Below are positions 49,502 to 57,757 of a stretch of 64,000 nt of DNA, piece by piece. Within the stretch, counting starts at the first letter, position 1; each line of letters opens with the position of its first letter. The stretch covers positions 244,896-308,895 of IMG/VR virus record IMGVR_UViG_3300012988_000016; one strand, 5' to 3'. A model generated the notes under the pieces. That model did not search any database, was not told where the DNA came from, and was given only the letters and a program-made list of their open reading frames with translations. The translations under genes were made by a program, and so were the position numbers.

Positions 49502-50179
49502 CTATCGGGATCCCCCACGGGTCTGATGTGCTGAGCAATAGTGGGTAGGTAGCACCAAATGACCGACCGGCCCACTCAAGTCAGGTTTGGCATGATTCCA
49601 TGGGTCGTCAGGCCGGTCAGGGTCCGGTCCCACCATCACGACAGGAAGGAACGGACTACCAGATCGGGGCCGGCCACACCAACCATACAGCCTCCCCTCA
49701 TGGCCTACCGTCCCCCCATCAGTCCCCATACTGAAATGACGGCACCCACTGCAAAGCTGCGCCTCATCTCTGGCCGGCAACCCCTCCTGGATGCGATCCA
49801 ACCCCCGTTCGATCAGCCCTATGACTTGATACCGCTCAGCTGTCTGACTAAACCGATGTAGGTCCGGCCCCCAATTGGGCAAACCTTCGACCAAATGACC
49901 ATACAACGCCACATACCGGTCATCTAGTTCCGTCCTAGCAGCCGTCACCGCCAACATGCCGCCAATCAGGTTCCACGCCACCGCCTCATGGGAGCGAGGA
50001 TCTATCGCCTTCCCCTCACGGTCGATCGCTCGATTGATACCACTACGCTGTGGATTAGGCATCAAGGTCCAACCACCAATGTTAAATAGCCTCAGCAAAG
50101 CCTTGAGGTCATGGATCAACAACAACCTAACCCCCTCTTGAGGGTCCGGTCTATCAGGATACGACTTAGAAGTCGCCAA
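49502..50179 (-). CDS. DUF6197-like domain fused to a Cys module
   Basis: DLKALLRLF..GW...AVAWNLIGG; CSGCRHF...C...YCSAH. Confidence 0.6.
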   Translation of the reverse strand: MATSKSYPDRPDPQEGVRLLLIHDLKALLRLFNIGGWTLMPNPQRSGINRAIDREGKAIDPRSHEAVAWNLIGGMLAVTAARTELDDRYVALYGHLVEGLPNWGPDLHRFSQTAERYQVIGLIERGLDRIQEGLPARDEAQLCSGCRHFSMGTDGGTVGHEGRLYGWCGRPRSGSPFLPVVMVGPDPDRPDDPWNHAKPDLSGPVGHLVLPTHYCSAHQTRGGSR

Positions 50180-50489
50180 GCCCCATCTCCAACCCCATCA
50201 CCCTTCCAGCCTCCATCCATACAGCCCACCGACGCTTCAACGCCAGCTCGGCCATCCCTATATCCTCCCCCCACCCCTCAAACGTCAGATGGCGGTTACC
50301 CGATTGTACCCACATCTGGAGCTCAACCCTCACCTGGCTGGTCCCAGAATAGTGCCAATTAGGGTAATGGGAGACCATCAGTTTAATAGACCCTTGCCGA
50401 GCCTCATATGTCAACACCTCACGAGCCTGGTTGGGATTCTCCACAGATACCAACGGGAGCTGACGTCCCAAAAATTCAATGGTCTGCAT
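50166..50489 (-). CDS. hypothetical protein, TIxxxGRxL family
   Basis: MQTIEFLGRQL; class B motif. Confidence 0.6.
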   Translation of the reverse strand: MQTIEFLGRQLPLVSVENPNQAREVLTYEARQGSIKLMVSHYPNWHYSGTSQVRVELQMWVQSGNRHLTFEGWGEDIGMAELALKRRWAVWMEAGRVMGLEMGLGDF

Positions 50490-50508
50490 GCGGGTCCTCT
50501 ACACCACC

Positions 50509-50889
50509 CTACTGGAACAACACCCAATAGTAGACCGGCAACAGGTCAGGACCATCATCATGCCGTCGACTCACACACGTCTGTAGGTCATCCCCACACA
50601 TCAGACCGCCACTACACCAATGAACCCCATCCCGACACCAAGATAACCGGTCCACACATGTCAGGTCAGGTGCACACACCCGCCCACCCGTGCACCAATG
50701 CTGCCCGTCAGCACACCATTGGACCGATGTGACGCATTGCTGGCTATCAGGCGTACATACCTTCCCATGCGGACATAGATGCTGACCATCAGCACATGTG
50801 ACGTCCATCACCGGAGGAGGAGGAGGAGTGGGGTCGGCCTGACAAGACAGCAATACCAAACAGATGGCGAAAAGACAACGTTTACTCAT
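50509..50889 (-). CDS. lipoprotein with three Cys-rich repeats
   Basis: LLSC lipobox; CxDGxHxCxxGxxCxxDxxxCV three times. Confidence 0.75.
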   Translation of the reverse strand: MSKRCLFAICLVLLSCQADPTPPPPPVMDVTCADGQHLCPHGKVCTPDSQQCVTSVQWCADGQHWCTGGRVCAPDLTCVDRLSWCRDGVHWCSGGLMCGDDLQTCVSRRHDDGPDLLPVYYWVLFQ

Positions 50890-50959
50890 CTGGATACTCA
50901 AAATCAAACTCCCAAACCGACCAACCTGGCAGGCGAAGCAGGCCCTGTTGGGTGTTCTT

Positions 50960-51230
50960 GATGGTCATTTGCCAAACCCGAAATCGACAAGAAATCCGAA
51001 AATCTCGAAAGACCAATAATAACCAGCATTTAACTCAACAGATGGAAATTAGTCCATATTGCTTGACTATATTGATTCGCAAGAACCGTGCCGAGAGGAG
51101 GATGGTCAAGCAGCCTTGACCATCCTCCTACCAATCGAACCCCCTACCTACGATTTGCCAAAATGATTGCTCGGAAGTGCGGAAATAGAGTGACGCCCAC
51201 ATGACGGTGTGCATCGCTCTATCATGTCTC
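50960..51230. other. AT-rich intergenic region at a GC-skew switch (candidate origin or genome junction)
   Basis: C-rich + strand to the left, G-rich to the right, genes minus-strand on both sides; perfect 15-bp inverted repeat 51096-51110/51115-51129. Confidence 0.5.
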
Positions 51231-51268
51231 TGCCCATGGCTTCGGATCGTCTGGTTGGAGGTGATGGC

Positions 51269-51511
51269 TCAAGATTCGGCCGAATCTACGGTGGTGCCAC
51301 CTTCTTCTTGAGTATATGGTTGAGCATGATCGGGGCAGAACAGTTTCCAATCGAATGCTTGTACCCAACCTTCGGGCAATTCATTGTAGCGTGGGGATAG
51401 GAATGGTTGTTGGAAGAACGGGAAGGTGGGAGCGAGTTCAAGTTTTAGTTGTTCGGTCCTTGGGCAGCCGGGGTGTTGGCACATGGCGGTAGCTAGGATG
51501 TAGAGTTGCAT
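51269..51511 (-). CDS. zinc-finger microprotein (tandem copy 3)
   Basis: CQHPGC...LPEGW...CPDH. Confidence 0.7.
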   Translation of the reverse strand: MQLYILATAMCQHPGCPRTEQLKLELAPTFPFFQQPFLSPRYNELPEGWVQAFDWKLFCPDHAQPYTQEEGGTTVDSAES

Positions 51512-51729
51512 CAGAACTCGCTTCCGTGATCGTATGAGCAATCGGGGCAGGCGATTCGGTGTCCGCCTCGGTAGTCAGGTTGGAGGGTCCAGCCTTGGGG
51601 CAGTTGGGTGGGAGGAAAGCTGAGCAACACTTGGTTGTCCACCAGGGGCTGGCGTTGGAGTTCTACCAGGTGGGCTTGTTGGCGACTGCAACCGACTTCA
51701 CAAGTGATGGTGGTTTGGAGGGTGATCAT
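51511..51729 (-). CDS. zinc-finger microprotein (tandem copy 2)
   Basis: CEVGC...LPQGW...CPDC. Confidence 0.7.
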   Translation of the reverse strand: MITLQTTITCEVGCSRQQAHLVELQRQPLVDNQVLLSFPPTQLPQGWTLQPDYRGGHRIACPDCSYDHGSEF

Positions 51730-51932
51730 GGGAATTCGATCGAATGAGCGGGACACACCACGGTCGAGTGGGCGGCCCAGAGGTTTAGGATCCGTCTCCA
51801 GCCAGGCGGTAGTTTCTTGCCCATGACGGGGCCACTCATCCCCACCACAGGTTCTAGGCCTAGGAGGAAGGGTTCTTCCTTGTTGCAGCCCTGGACTTCA
51901 CAGCAGGCCAAAGCTTGGACGAAGACCGGCAT
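51726..51932 (-). CDS. zinc-finger microprotein (tandem copy 1)
   Basis: CEVQGC...LPPGW...CPAH; class B motif. Confidence 0.7.
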   Translation of the reverse strand: MPVFVQALACCEVQGCNKEEPFLLGLEPVVGMSGPVMGKKLPPGWRRILNLWAAHSTVVCPAHSIEFP

Positions 51933-52003
51933 AGGGTGGTTCTACACCGAGGGATGGTGATGGGCAGGCTTAAGCGGTTGGCAGTTGGGCCGTATGGTCT
52001 GGC

Positions 52004-52303
52004 ATGCCGAACACCAAGCTGGATGAAGCCGAGCAAGCCATGATGGCCCAGATTTTCCAAACCCGTAAGGAAGTGGGTCAGGATGTCGATAAGGCGCTGG
52101 AGCGGTTACGTCCCCAAAACAAGCTGGACTATTTGGTTACCCAAAAGGTCTTGGCGGGCTATACGGCCTATCCGGATAAGGATGGGAACGATACGCTGTG
52201 CCTCCAGTTCCTCAATGGCGACAGTGTGGTGATCCAGGCTACTCCGATCCAAAACGGTTATTCGGCCGGTCTGTTGGTGGACGGTGAAGAGGTGGTGCCT
52301 TAA
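52004..52303 (+). CDS. hypothetical protein
   Basis: Class A variant TTAAGCG-N12-GCCGTATGG at 34 nt. Confidence 0.7.
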   Translation: MPNTKLDEAEQAMMAQIFQTRKEVGQDVDKALERLRPQNKLDYLVTQKVLAGYTAYPDKDGNDTLCLQFLNGDSVVIQATPIQNGYSAGLLVDGEEVVP

Positions 52304-52332
52304 TCTTTCGAGGCTGGGGCCGTTCTATCAGC

Positions 52333-52566
52333 ATGTTCCTCTTGTTGCTGAAGACTGAAAAGAACGCTGGCATCAACCTGAACTTCGTTGGCATGTATCC
52401 CTCCAAGGAGCGGGCCGAGCGACGGGTGGGGCCGGAGTACAAGGAGTTCCAGGAGGCTGGCTTCGGCCGATACCGCATGCTGGGTGGGATGGCCGACATT
52501 GATGCCAAAGCGGTTTGGGAGACCAGCAGCTGGCAAGGAGCCACCTACTTGTTAGCTTGGTACTGA
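52333..52566 (+). CDS. hypothetical protein
   Basis: Class A TTAATCT-N12-GCCGTTCTA at 33 nt. Confidence 0.7.
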   Translation: MFLLLLKTEKNAGINLNFVGMYPSKERAERRVGPEYKEFQEAGFGRYRMLGGMADIDAKAVWETSSWQGATYLLAWY

Positions 52567-52605
52567 TAGGCCCTTAACTCTTCAGAAGGACAGCCGTTTA
52601 TATCA

Positions 52606-52757
52606 ATGAAGCGGCTGGTTCGGTTCCCCCACGGGGCTAGCCCAGACGGAGAAGGGACGGCTTCGGGGAGATCCGGTCTGGGGACCTTTTGGAGGATGGA
52701 TTCCCCCGTCCCCGTGGGTCAGAAGGGCGGGCTTGCCGTGACGGCTGAGCGCCCTGT
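52606..52757 (-). ncRNA. candidate structured ncRNA between convergent class A motifs
   Basis: Minus motif 52764-52791 has no ATG at +1; four stems; G-U wobble favours the minus strand. Confidence 0.55.
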
Positions 52758-52952
52758 TGATGATAGAACGGCCATGGTGGGGAGAAGTTAAGGCTCACCA
52801 CAGCTTCGGTAATTTTCGAATCCCCCGGTCGATCGCCAACGCTAGGCAGATCACCACATTGTTGACCAGCTCTTCCATCCTAGCATCGAGGCGGGCCAGG
52901 ATCCCTTTGGGCTTTTGAGGCATCGGTCCTCAGCTTAGCCCAAAGGGGCCTA

Positions 52953-53189
52953 TCAAGCAATTGGTTTGGGTTTGGATGACCGCTTACGGTCTTGTCGCAA
53001 GATCTCTCGTTCGATGATTCTGGCCAGAAGGTTTCGTTCCGAACCATTGAGGTTGTGGCACGTACTGGCAGCCAGTACGGCGTATTCGGTCACTGTGATG
53101 GGGGTCGACTTGTTCATGGTAGGATGCTGGGGACAGGGGCTATTGAGTACCAGGATACTCAATAGCCCGCATTTGGGGCAACGATTCAT
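52953..53189 (-). CDS. hypothetical protein
   Basis: CPKC; coupled. Confidence 0.55.
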   Translation of the reverse strand: MNRCPKCGLLSILVLNSPCPQHPTMNKSTPITVTEYAVLAASTCHNLNGSERNLLARIIEREILRQDRKRSSKPKPIA

Positions 53190-53443
53190 GCGGTGATGTA
53201 AGCGTTGGCTGGCAGCCGGCGATCCAATAGTTGGCGGGCCAGGCTGTATTGAGTGCCCTCAGGGGTGAGGGTCCCAAGGCTGCCGTACTGATGGTCTTCA
53301 TTGCCATGTCGGGCTGTGAACTCGCCCGTGCGGCTACAACAGTAGAGGTCCTTGCCATCCAGGCGGCCGAGGAAGCGGCATTCATCGCAGTCGTGCTGGT
53401 ATAGGGGGCGGACCATTCGAGCAACCAACTTGGCGGTCTTCAT
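53186..53443 (-). CDS. conserved phage Cys/His protein
   Basis: HDCDECRFLG...DLYCC...ARHG; class A motif 53453-53480. Confidence 0.7.
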   Translation of the reverse strand: MKTAKLVARMVRPLYQHDCDECRFLGRLDGKDLYCCSRTGEFTARHGNEDHQYGSLGTLTPEGTQYSLARQLLDRRLPANAYITA

Positions 53444-53488
53444 GATGCATGATAGAACGGAAGTCGGTTTTGGAACTTAAGGGACAGG

Positions 53489-53680
53489 ATGACGGTTGAT
53501 CAGATCCTAGCAGGGTGGCGGAACGGGACGCTAAATAGGGCGGAGCTTATTAGCGGTTTGGCTCAGCTGGAGGTGCCCTTGGAAGAGCTCTACTTGCCGG
53601 AAGGCATGGCGGCCGATGTGGAGCGGTTGAGGGCCGCTATCGGGCGGGGAGAGGCCTTCACGGTAGAGGCCAAGGCTTAG
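53489..53680 (+). CDS. hypothetical protein
   Basis: 63-aa ORF filling the gap. Confidence 0.5.
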   Translation: MTVDQILAGWRNGTLNRAELISGLAQLEVPLEELYLPEGMAADVERLRAAIGRGEAFTVEAKA

Positions 53681-53871
53681 TCGTTATTGACGGTCAGCGC
53701 CGAATTGGTGACCCACACTGCTGTTCCGAAATGGGTCACCTTATCGTAATCCGACAGGTCTCGGCCCAACCCTTCCTTGAAGTACTCTTCGAGCATCTGA
53801 GGTTCCAGCTCAGGAGTGGTGACCAACACTTCAGTACCGTCAGAGTAGCTGATCAGGGTGAGGGTTGGCAT
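53677..53871 (-). CDS. hypothetical protein
   Basis: Class B motif 9 nt upstream. Confidence 0.65.
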   Translation of the reverse strand: MPTLTLISYSDGTEVLVTTPELEPQMLEEYFKEGLGRDLSDYDKVTHFGTAVWVTNSALTVNND

Positions 53872-53874
53872 CCC

Positions 53875-54315
53875 TCACTTTACACCGATGACGGTCCCAC
53901 ACCACATGAATTCCTGCATGTTGGGGACCTTTTTGGCCAAGGCTTGGATCAAGCTGACCACACGGCCGTAGGTCATTGCATCTTGTAGATGACGGACACC
54001 GACCGGCTGTTGCTTGATCGTGTAGTAGAGGTCATCGTAGAACACTACTTCGACGACCCTGGTTTGGCCGCTGTAGCACCATACTTGTGCGATCTGGCGG
54101 GGTTCTTGATCGGTTGGCCCGTGGACCCAATCATCCTGATTGAGGATCCCTTCAGCCGTCTCTTGGATCAGTTTGAGTGAGTAGCGTGTGGCTTTTAGCG
54201 GCTCTCTGCTGCCAGGGCAACCGAAACCATCAGCTCCGATGTGGTTGCAGATCTTACCCCCATAGATGTGTTGATCAGTCTTGCAGACGGGACAGGTGAC
54301 TAGGTGGCGTTCCAT
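53875..54315 (-). CDS. hypothetical protein with N-terminal zinc finger
   Basis: CPVC...H...CPGS; start MERHLV. Confidence 0.6.
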   Translation of the reverse strand: MERHLVTCPVCKTDQHIYGGKICNHIGADGFGCPGSREPLKATRYSLKLIQETAEGILNQDDWVHGPTDQEPRQIAQVWCYSGQTRVVEVVFYDDLYYTIKQQPVGVRHLQDAMTYGRVVSLIQALAKKVPNMQEFMWCGTVIGVK

Positions 54316-54317
54316 GT

Positions 54318-54614
54318 TCAGACTCCGTAGACCTTGCAATTGAGGTCTTTCCAGTCTTGACCCACCTGACCGTCCAGCCATTCGTTGTACTGCCGGCGGG
54401 CCACTTGGGCGCACTCCTGGTACAGCTCTGTGGTCATGCCGACGGGGTTGCTCAACAGGTGGATACGGGTCTCACCATCAATGAAGTCGGCCGCGTAGCG
54501 GAGCAGTTGGCGGCCCAGCATCACCTCAACCACACAAGGAGCTCCAGAGCCGTCTGGATAGGGCTTGCCTGAGTTGGTGGAGCATTTGAGGCTGTTAGGG
54601 GTGGGCTGGTTCAT
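54318..54614 (-). CDS. hypothetical protein
   Basis: Class A motif (54621-54648) at 34 nt. Confidence 0.7.
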   Translation of the reverse strand: MNQPTPNSLKCSTNSGKPYPDGSGAPCVVEVMLGRQLLRYAADFIDGETRIHLLSNPVGMTTELYQECAQVARRQYNEWLDGQVGQDWKDLNCKVYGV

Positions 54615-54661
54615 GTCTGATGGAACGGAAGCCAGGTGGGGAAGTTAAGGCTTCCCCACCC

Positions 54662-54895
54662 TCAGGGTTCGTTCTTGCCCAAACAAATCATCAAGCGAGT
54701 TCGGGTCTCGACGGAAGGTTCGGGAAAGGGTCTGGATTCCGATCGAGTGACGATCAGCTCTGGGCAGGCACCTTGCTGGTTACCCTGTACCGGCATTTGG
54801 GCCAACTGTCCGACCAGTAGGGCGATCAAGTCGGTCGCCTCTTGTCGGGTCAGGACCAGGACATCAAAGTTGGTTTGGGGGATTTGTCTGGCCAT
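54662..54895 (-). CDS. hypothetical protein
   Basis: Probable start MARQIP. Confidence 0.5.
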   Translation of the reverse strand: MARQIPQTNFDVLVLTRQEATDLIALLVGQLAQMPVQGNQQGACPELIVTRSESRPFPEPSVETRTRLMICLGKNEP

Positions 54896-55041
54896 GATCA
54901 GGCTTCTCGGGCGCTTCCTTTGGACCATCAGGGAGATCGATGAACCAATTCTTTTCGCAGAGGATTGAGCAGTAGCCGCCAATAGCATCAATGAGGCGGC
55001 CGCAGCCTTGGCAATTCGTTGGTGTGGAATACATGGTGTTC

Positions 55042-55320
55042 CTAGGTACTGTGGAGGAAATCGGTGCAGTCTCTGGCTGTTTGGAGGATTTTTTCTTTGA
55101 GAGCGGCCTCAGCCTTGGTCAACGTACCGGCGCAGAGGGTGAGGAAGGTCTTGTTGATCGTCACTGAGATCTGCCAGAAGTCTCCGCCGTCGGGTGGGGT
55201 CTGGTGTTGCACTTGGATGTGAGGCTTGCCCTGCTGTTCAGCGTTACTGTAGTGTTCCTTGTAGCCAGGCACAGCGTGTAGGGTTTGGCCTAAGACTTGA
55301 ATGGTGGAGGGGGTATCCAT
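55042..55320 (-). CDS. hypothetical protein, TIxxxGRxL family
   Basis: TIQVLGQTL...PHIQV. Confidence 0.65.
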   Translation of the reverse strand: MDTPSTIQVLGQTLHAVPGYKEHYSNAEQQGKPHIQVQHQTPPDGGDFWQISVTINKTFLTLCAGTLTKAEAALKEKILQTARDCTDFLHST

Positions 55321-55322
55321 GG

Positions 55323-55523
55323 TCAGATCTTGGTAGCCTGTTGGCGGCTCCAGTAGCAGACCCTACACCCACAGGGACGGCGAGCCATGAAGGCAGCTTT
55401 GAACTGTTCCTGTACGGCTGGAATGTCGACCACCAGCAGCTTGGCGACCCGCTTGGAGTGACGGGCTAGGATCTGGGCATTCATGCGGAGGGCTTCCGCC
55501 TCGTGAACCTGTAGGGTGATCAT
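55323..55523 (-). CDS. hypothetical protein
   Basis: Class A motif (55530-55557) at 34 nt. Confidence 0.7.
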   Translation of the reverse strand: MITLQVHEAEALRMNAQILARHSKRVAKLLVVDIPAVQEQFKAAFMARRPCGCRVCYWSRQQATKI

Positions 55524-55553
55524 GATTGATGGAACGGAACCTAGGACGGGAAG

Positions 55554-55793
55554 TTAAGCTCCAACCACGCAATAGAGCGTGCCTGGATTGAGGCGTTCGA
55601 GCTCTAGGCGACGAGCATTCGCCTCAGCGGTTTGCTCAGCCGTGAAGGCGTTTAGGCGGTATTCTGCTGAGGTGAATCGGGCTCGACTAACCGATCCATC
55701 CTTGTTGAGGCGTTTGACCAACAGGGTCTTGGTTGAGACCATATCGGTCCAATGTTTGGCCTGTAAGGCTCGGAAGGCGGCGGTGGGTTTCAT
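55554..55793 (-). CDS. hypothetical protein
   Basis: 79-aa ORF behind a structured leader. Confidence 0.65.
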   Translation of the reverse strand: MKPTAAFRALQAKHWTDMVSTKTLLVKRLNKDGSVSRARFTSAEYRLNAFTAEQTAEANARRLELERLNPGTLYCVVGA

Positions 55794-55813
55794 GAGCTTT
55801 GGTTGGAAAAGGG

Positions 55814-55875
55814 ACGCTGACCGTGCCGGCCCAGTCCCTAGGGCCTATCGGGCGTCGGACTCACCGGTCAGCGTT
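55814..55875 (-). ncRNA. structured leader or small RNA
   Basis: Class A motif 55882-55909 predicts +1 at 55875; 10-bp stem ACGCTGACCG/CGGTCAGCGT enclosing a GGCCC/GGGCC hairpin. Confidence 0.5.
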
Positions 55876-55985
55876 ACCTACTAGAACGGATGGGGGAGCG
55901 AGAAGTTAACCCTCTTGATACACCCCTATGTTGGGTTAACGATGGCCCTTGTTACTCAATCGGATAAGTAAACTGCGAGCAAAAA

Positions 55986-56011
55986 TGACCGAAAACGCCT
56001 ATTCTAGGACA
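55986..56011. promoter_or_regulatory. Xer-type-site-like imperfect palindrome
   Basis: TGACCGAAAA-cgccta-TTCTAGGACA (7/10 arms, 6-bp spacer), 43 nt upstream of the recombinase-like gene. Confidence 0.4.
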
Positions 56012-56054
56012 CAGTTTCGATGTATGTAGAATCTACTTGTAAGGCGAGCCATGT

Positions 56055-57059
56055 ATGCATCACGAGAAATTGCTCGAAGCGTGGTTGGCTGGATACGGGG
56101 GAGCCACCCTCATAGCGTACAGACCGGTCGCCCAATCGTTCCTAACTCAGGTCCCTCTTGAGATGCCGGCCATCCAGGCATGGGCCGAATCGCTCACAGG
56201 AAGTCCCTCAACAAGAGCGAGGAAGGTCTCGACCATTGTCAGCCTATTGACCTTCGCCCACAAGCACAGATACGTTGAAGAGAACTTGGGACTGTCTTTG
56301 AACCGTCCCAAGCAGACACCCAAGAAAGTCGTCCCTGTCGACACAAGCCTGATCCAGGATCTGGTTGGCGCTGCCAACGGGGAGCGGGACCGCCTCTTGA
56401 TTCGAGTGCTCTATGAGACCGGCAAATCCCCAGAGGCCGTCACCAAGCTTCGGTTCAAGGACTTGGATCAGGTCTCTGACGGATTGAAAGCTAGCCTGCT
56501 TGAGTTCCAAAAGGACGCCAGCCCTGAGCGGCTTGTGTTCCTATCATTTCGAAACCAAAAGCTTTCTGCCAGAGATGCCAGACGTATGGTACAGCGTGCT
56601 GCAACGGAAGCCGGCTTGGATGAGTTGGGGACGGCCTGGCTTCGCAAGGCCCATCACTGGAAAGACCCGAAACCAGTCCGAGCTTGGAATATTCGACAGG
56701 CTGCCTCGGGGCCGTTCGGAATCATCTACGGTCTGAGGGACCCAAGAACCAACGATCTCTGCTACGTCGGTATGACCCGTCTAAAGCTCCAAGAGCGGCT
56801 GAGGTGTCATCTGTCGAAGGCCAACCTAAAGACCCGTAATCGGGCTTCTGGATGGCTTCGGGGCCTCCTTGCAGACGGGGTTCGCCCTGTGGCTGAAGTG
56901 TTGGCAGTCGCCAAGGATCGGGACGAGCTGCTCTACCTGGAACGCTATCACATCAGCCAAGCCCGCTCGGAGGGACATCCGCTGGTCAACAGTACGCACG
57001 TCTGGAGCCTGAGGAAGATTCAAAAGAGGCTCAGAGGCGACATGAGTCGCTGGGCTTGA
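56055..57059 (+). CDS. degenerate tyrosine recombinase fused to a GIY-YIG-like endonuclease domain
   Basis: Core-binding domain; RDRLLIRVLYETGKS; WLRKAH; then IIYGLRDP...YVGMT...R...H...E. Confidence 0.75.
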   Translation: MHHEKLLEAWLAGYGGATLIAYRPVAQSFLTQVPLEMPAIQAWAESLTGSPSTRARKVSTIVSLLTFAHKHRYVEENLGLSLNRPKQTPKKVVPVDTSLIQDLVGAANGERDRLLIRVLYETGKSPEAVTKLRFKDLDQVSDGLKASLLEFQKDASPERLVFLSFRNQKLSARDARRMVQRAATEAGLDELGTAWLRKAHHWKDPKPVRAWNIRQAASGPFGIIYGLRDPRTNDLCYVGMTRLKLQERLRCHLSKANLKTRNRASGWLRGLLADGVRPVAEVLAVAKDRDELLYLERYHISQARSEGHPLVNSTHVWSLRKIQKRLRGDMSRWA

Positions 57060-57307
57060 CTGGTGGTACCTATCGGCCAGCCGACCAAGACGTTACTTGG
57101 TGTAAGGCCTGCATGGTGAAAATCTTTCTAAGGGTGTTGGGCGAAGACCATTACGCCGAACACATGGTCTCCCGAGTTCCCGGTCTTAACGAGCTGGTGG
57201 CTAGGGATGACGGTTCCTATCTGGTCAAAACCGTCTGTCATCACGTAGACCCTGTGGAGGGTGAAGTGGTGGCGACGGTCCTAATTGAGAGGCCCCAGCG
57301 AACATGA
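57056..57307 (+). CDS. hypothetical protein
   Basis: Coupled ORF. Confidence 0.5.
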   Translation: MTGGTYRPADQDVTWCKACMVKIFLRVLGEDHYAEHMVSRVPGLNELVARDDGSYLVKTVCHHVDPVEGEVVATVLIERPQRT

Positions 57308-57507
57308 CCGTAGGCGAACTCAAGCTCTTCCTCGCCAACTCTGAACTCCCCGATTCGGCAGAGGTGGTGATCCCTGGCCGACACTCCCTCCACGTCTGTC
57401 AGGCGGCTGAGACCACCATCGGGGACATCAACCACTACGGGCAGACCAGCTGGAAGCCCAACGGTGGCGACCCCGCACTGATCCTTCAGGATTGTTCCAC
57501 GGGTTGA
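57304..57507 (+). CDS. small phage protein (MTVxEL type)
   Basis: MTVGELKLFL...LPDSAEVV. Confidence 0.65.
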   Translation: MTVGELKLFLANSELPDSAEVVIPGRHSLHVCQAAETTIGDINHYGQTSWKPNGGDPALILQDCSTG

Positions 57508-57509
57508 GC

Positions 57510-57755
57510 ATGAACTTCTTCGATGAAGCACAGCAAGAAGTAGCGGAAGCCGAGGAACGCCGCTCCAAAGAACGTACGAGGCAGGACATGACCAAGCAAG
57601 AACTGATCAAGCTCTTGAAGGAGCAGCTCAGGATCGAGGTACGGTCGGAGGATCGAAACAACTACCTCAGCGGGCGATGTCAGCGGGTCAGGGTCATGCT
57701 CTTCTTGGGGGATGAGCTGATAGCCGAAGATTCGGCCGATTTGGGGACGGGCTGA
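57510..57755 (+). CDS. hypothetical protein
   Basis: Start MNFFDE. Confidence 0.6.
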   Translation: MNFFDEAQQEVAEAEERRSKERTRQDMTKQELIKLLKEQLRIEVRSEDRNNYLSGRCQRVRVMLFLGDELIAEDSADLGTG

Positions 57756-57757
57756 CG

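Noticed and set aside
52606-52757. Hammerhead or other known ribozyme
   Set aside because: A three-way junction is present but the CUGAUGA/GAAA core is absent, and I could not match twister, pistol or HDV consensus by eye.
56055-57059. Functional integrase marking a prophage boundary
   Set aside because: Catalytic Arg, His and Tyr are missing, and phage-like genes with the same promoter motifs continue on both sides.
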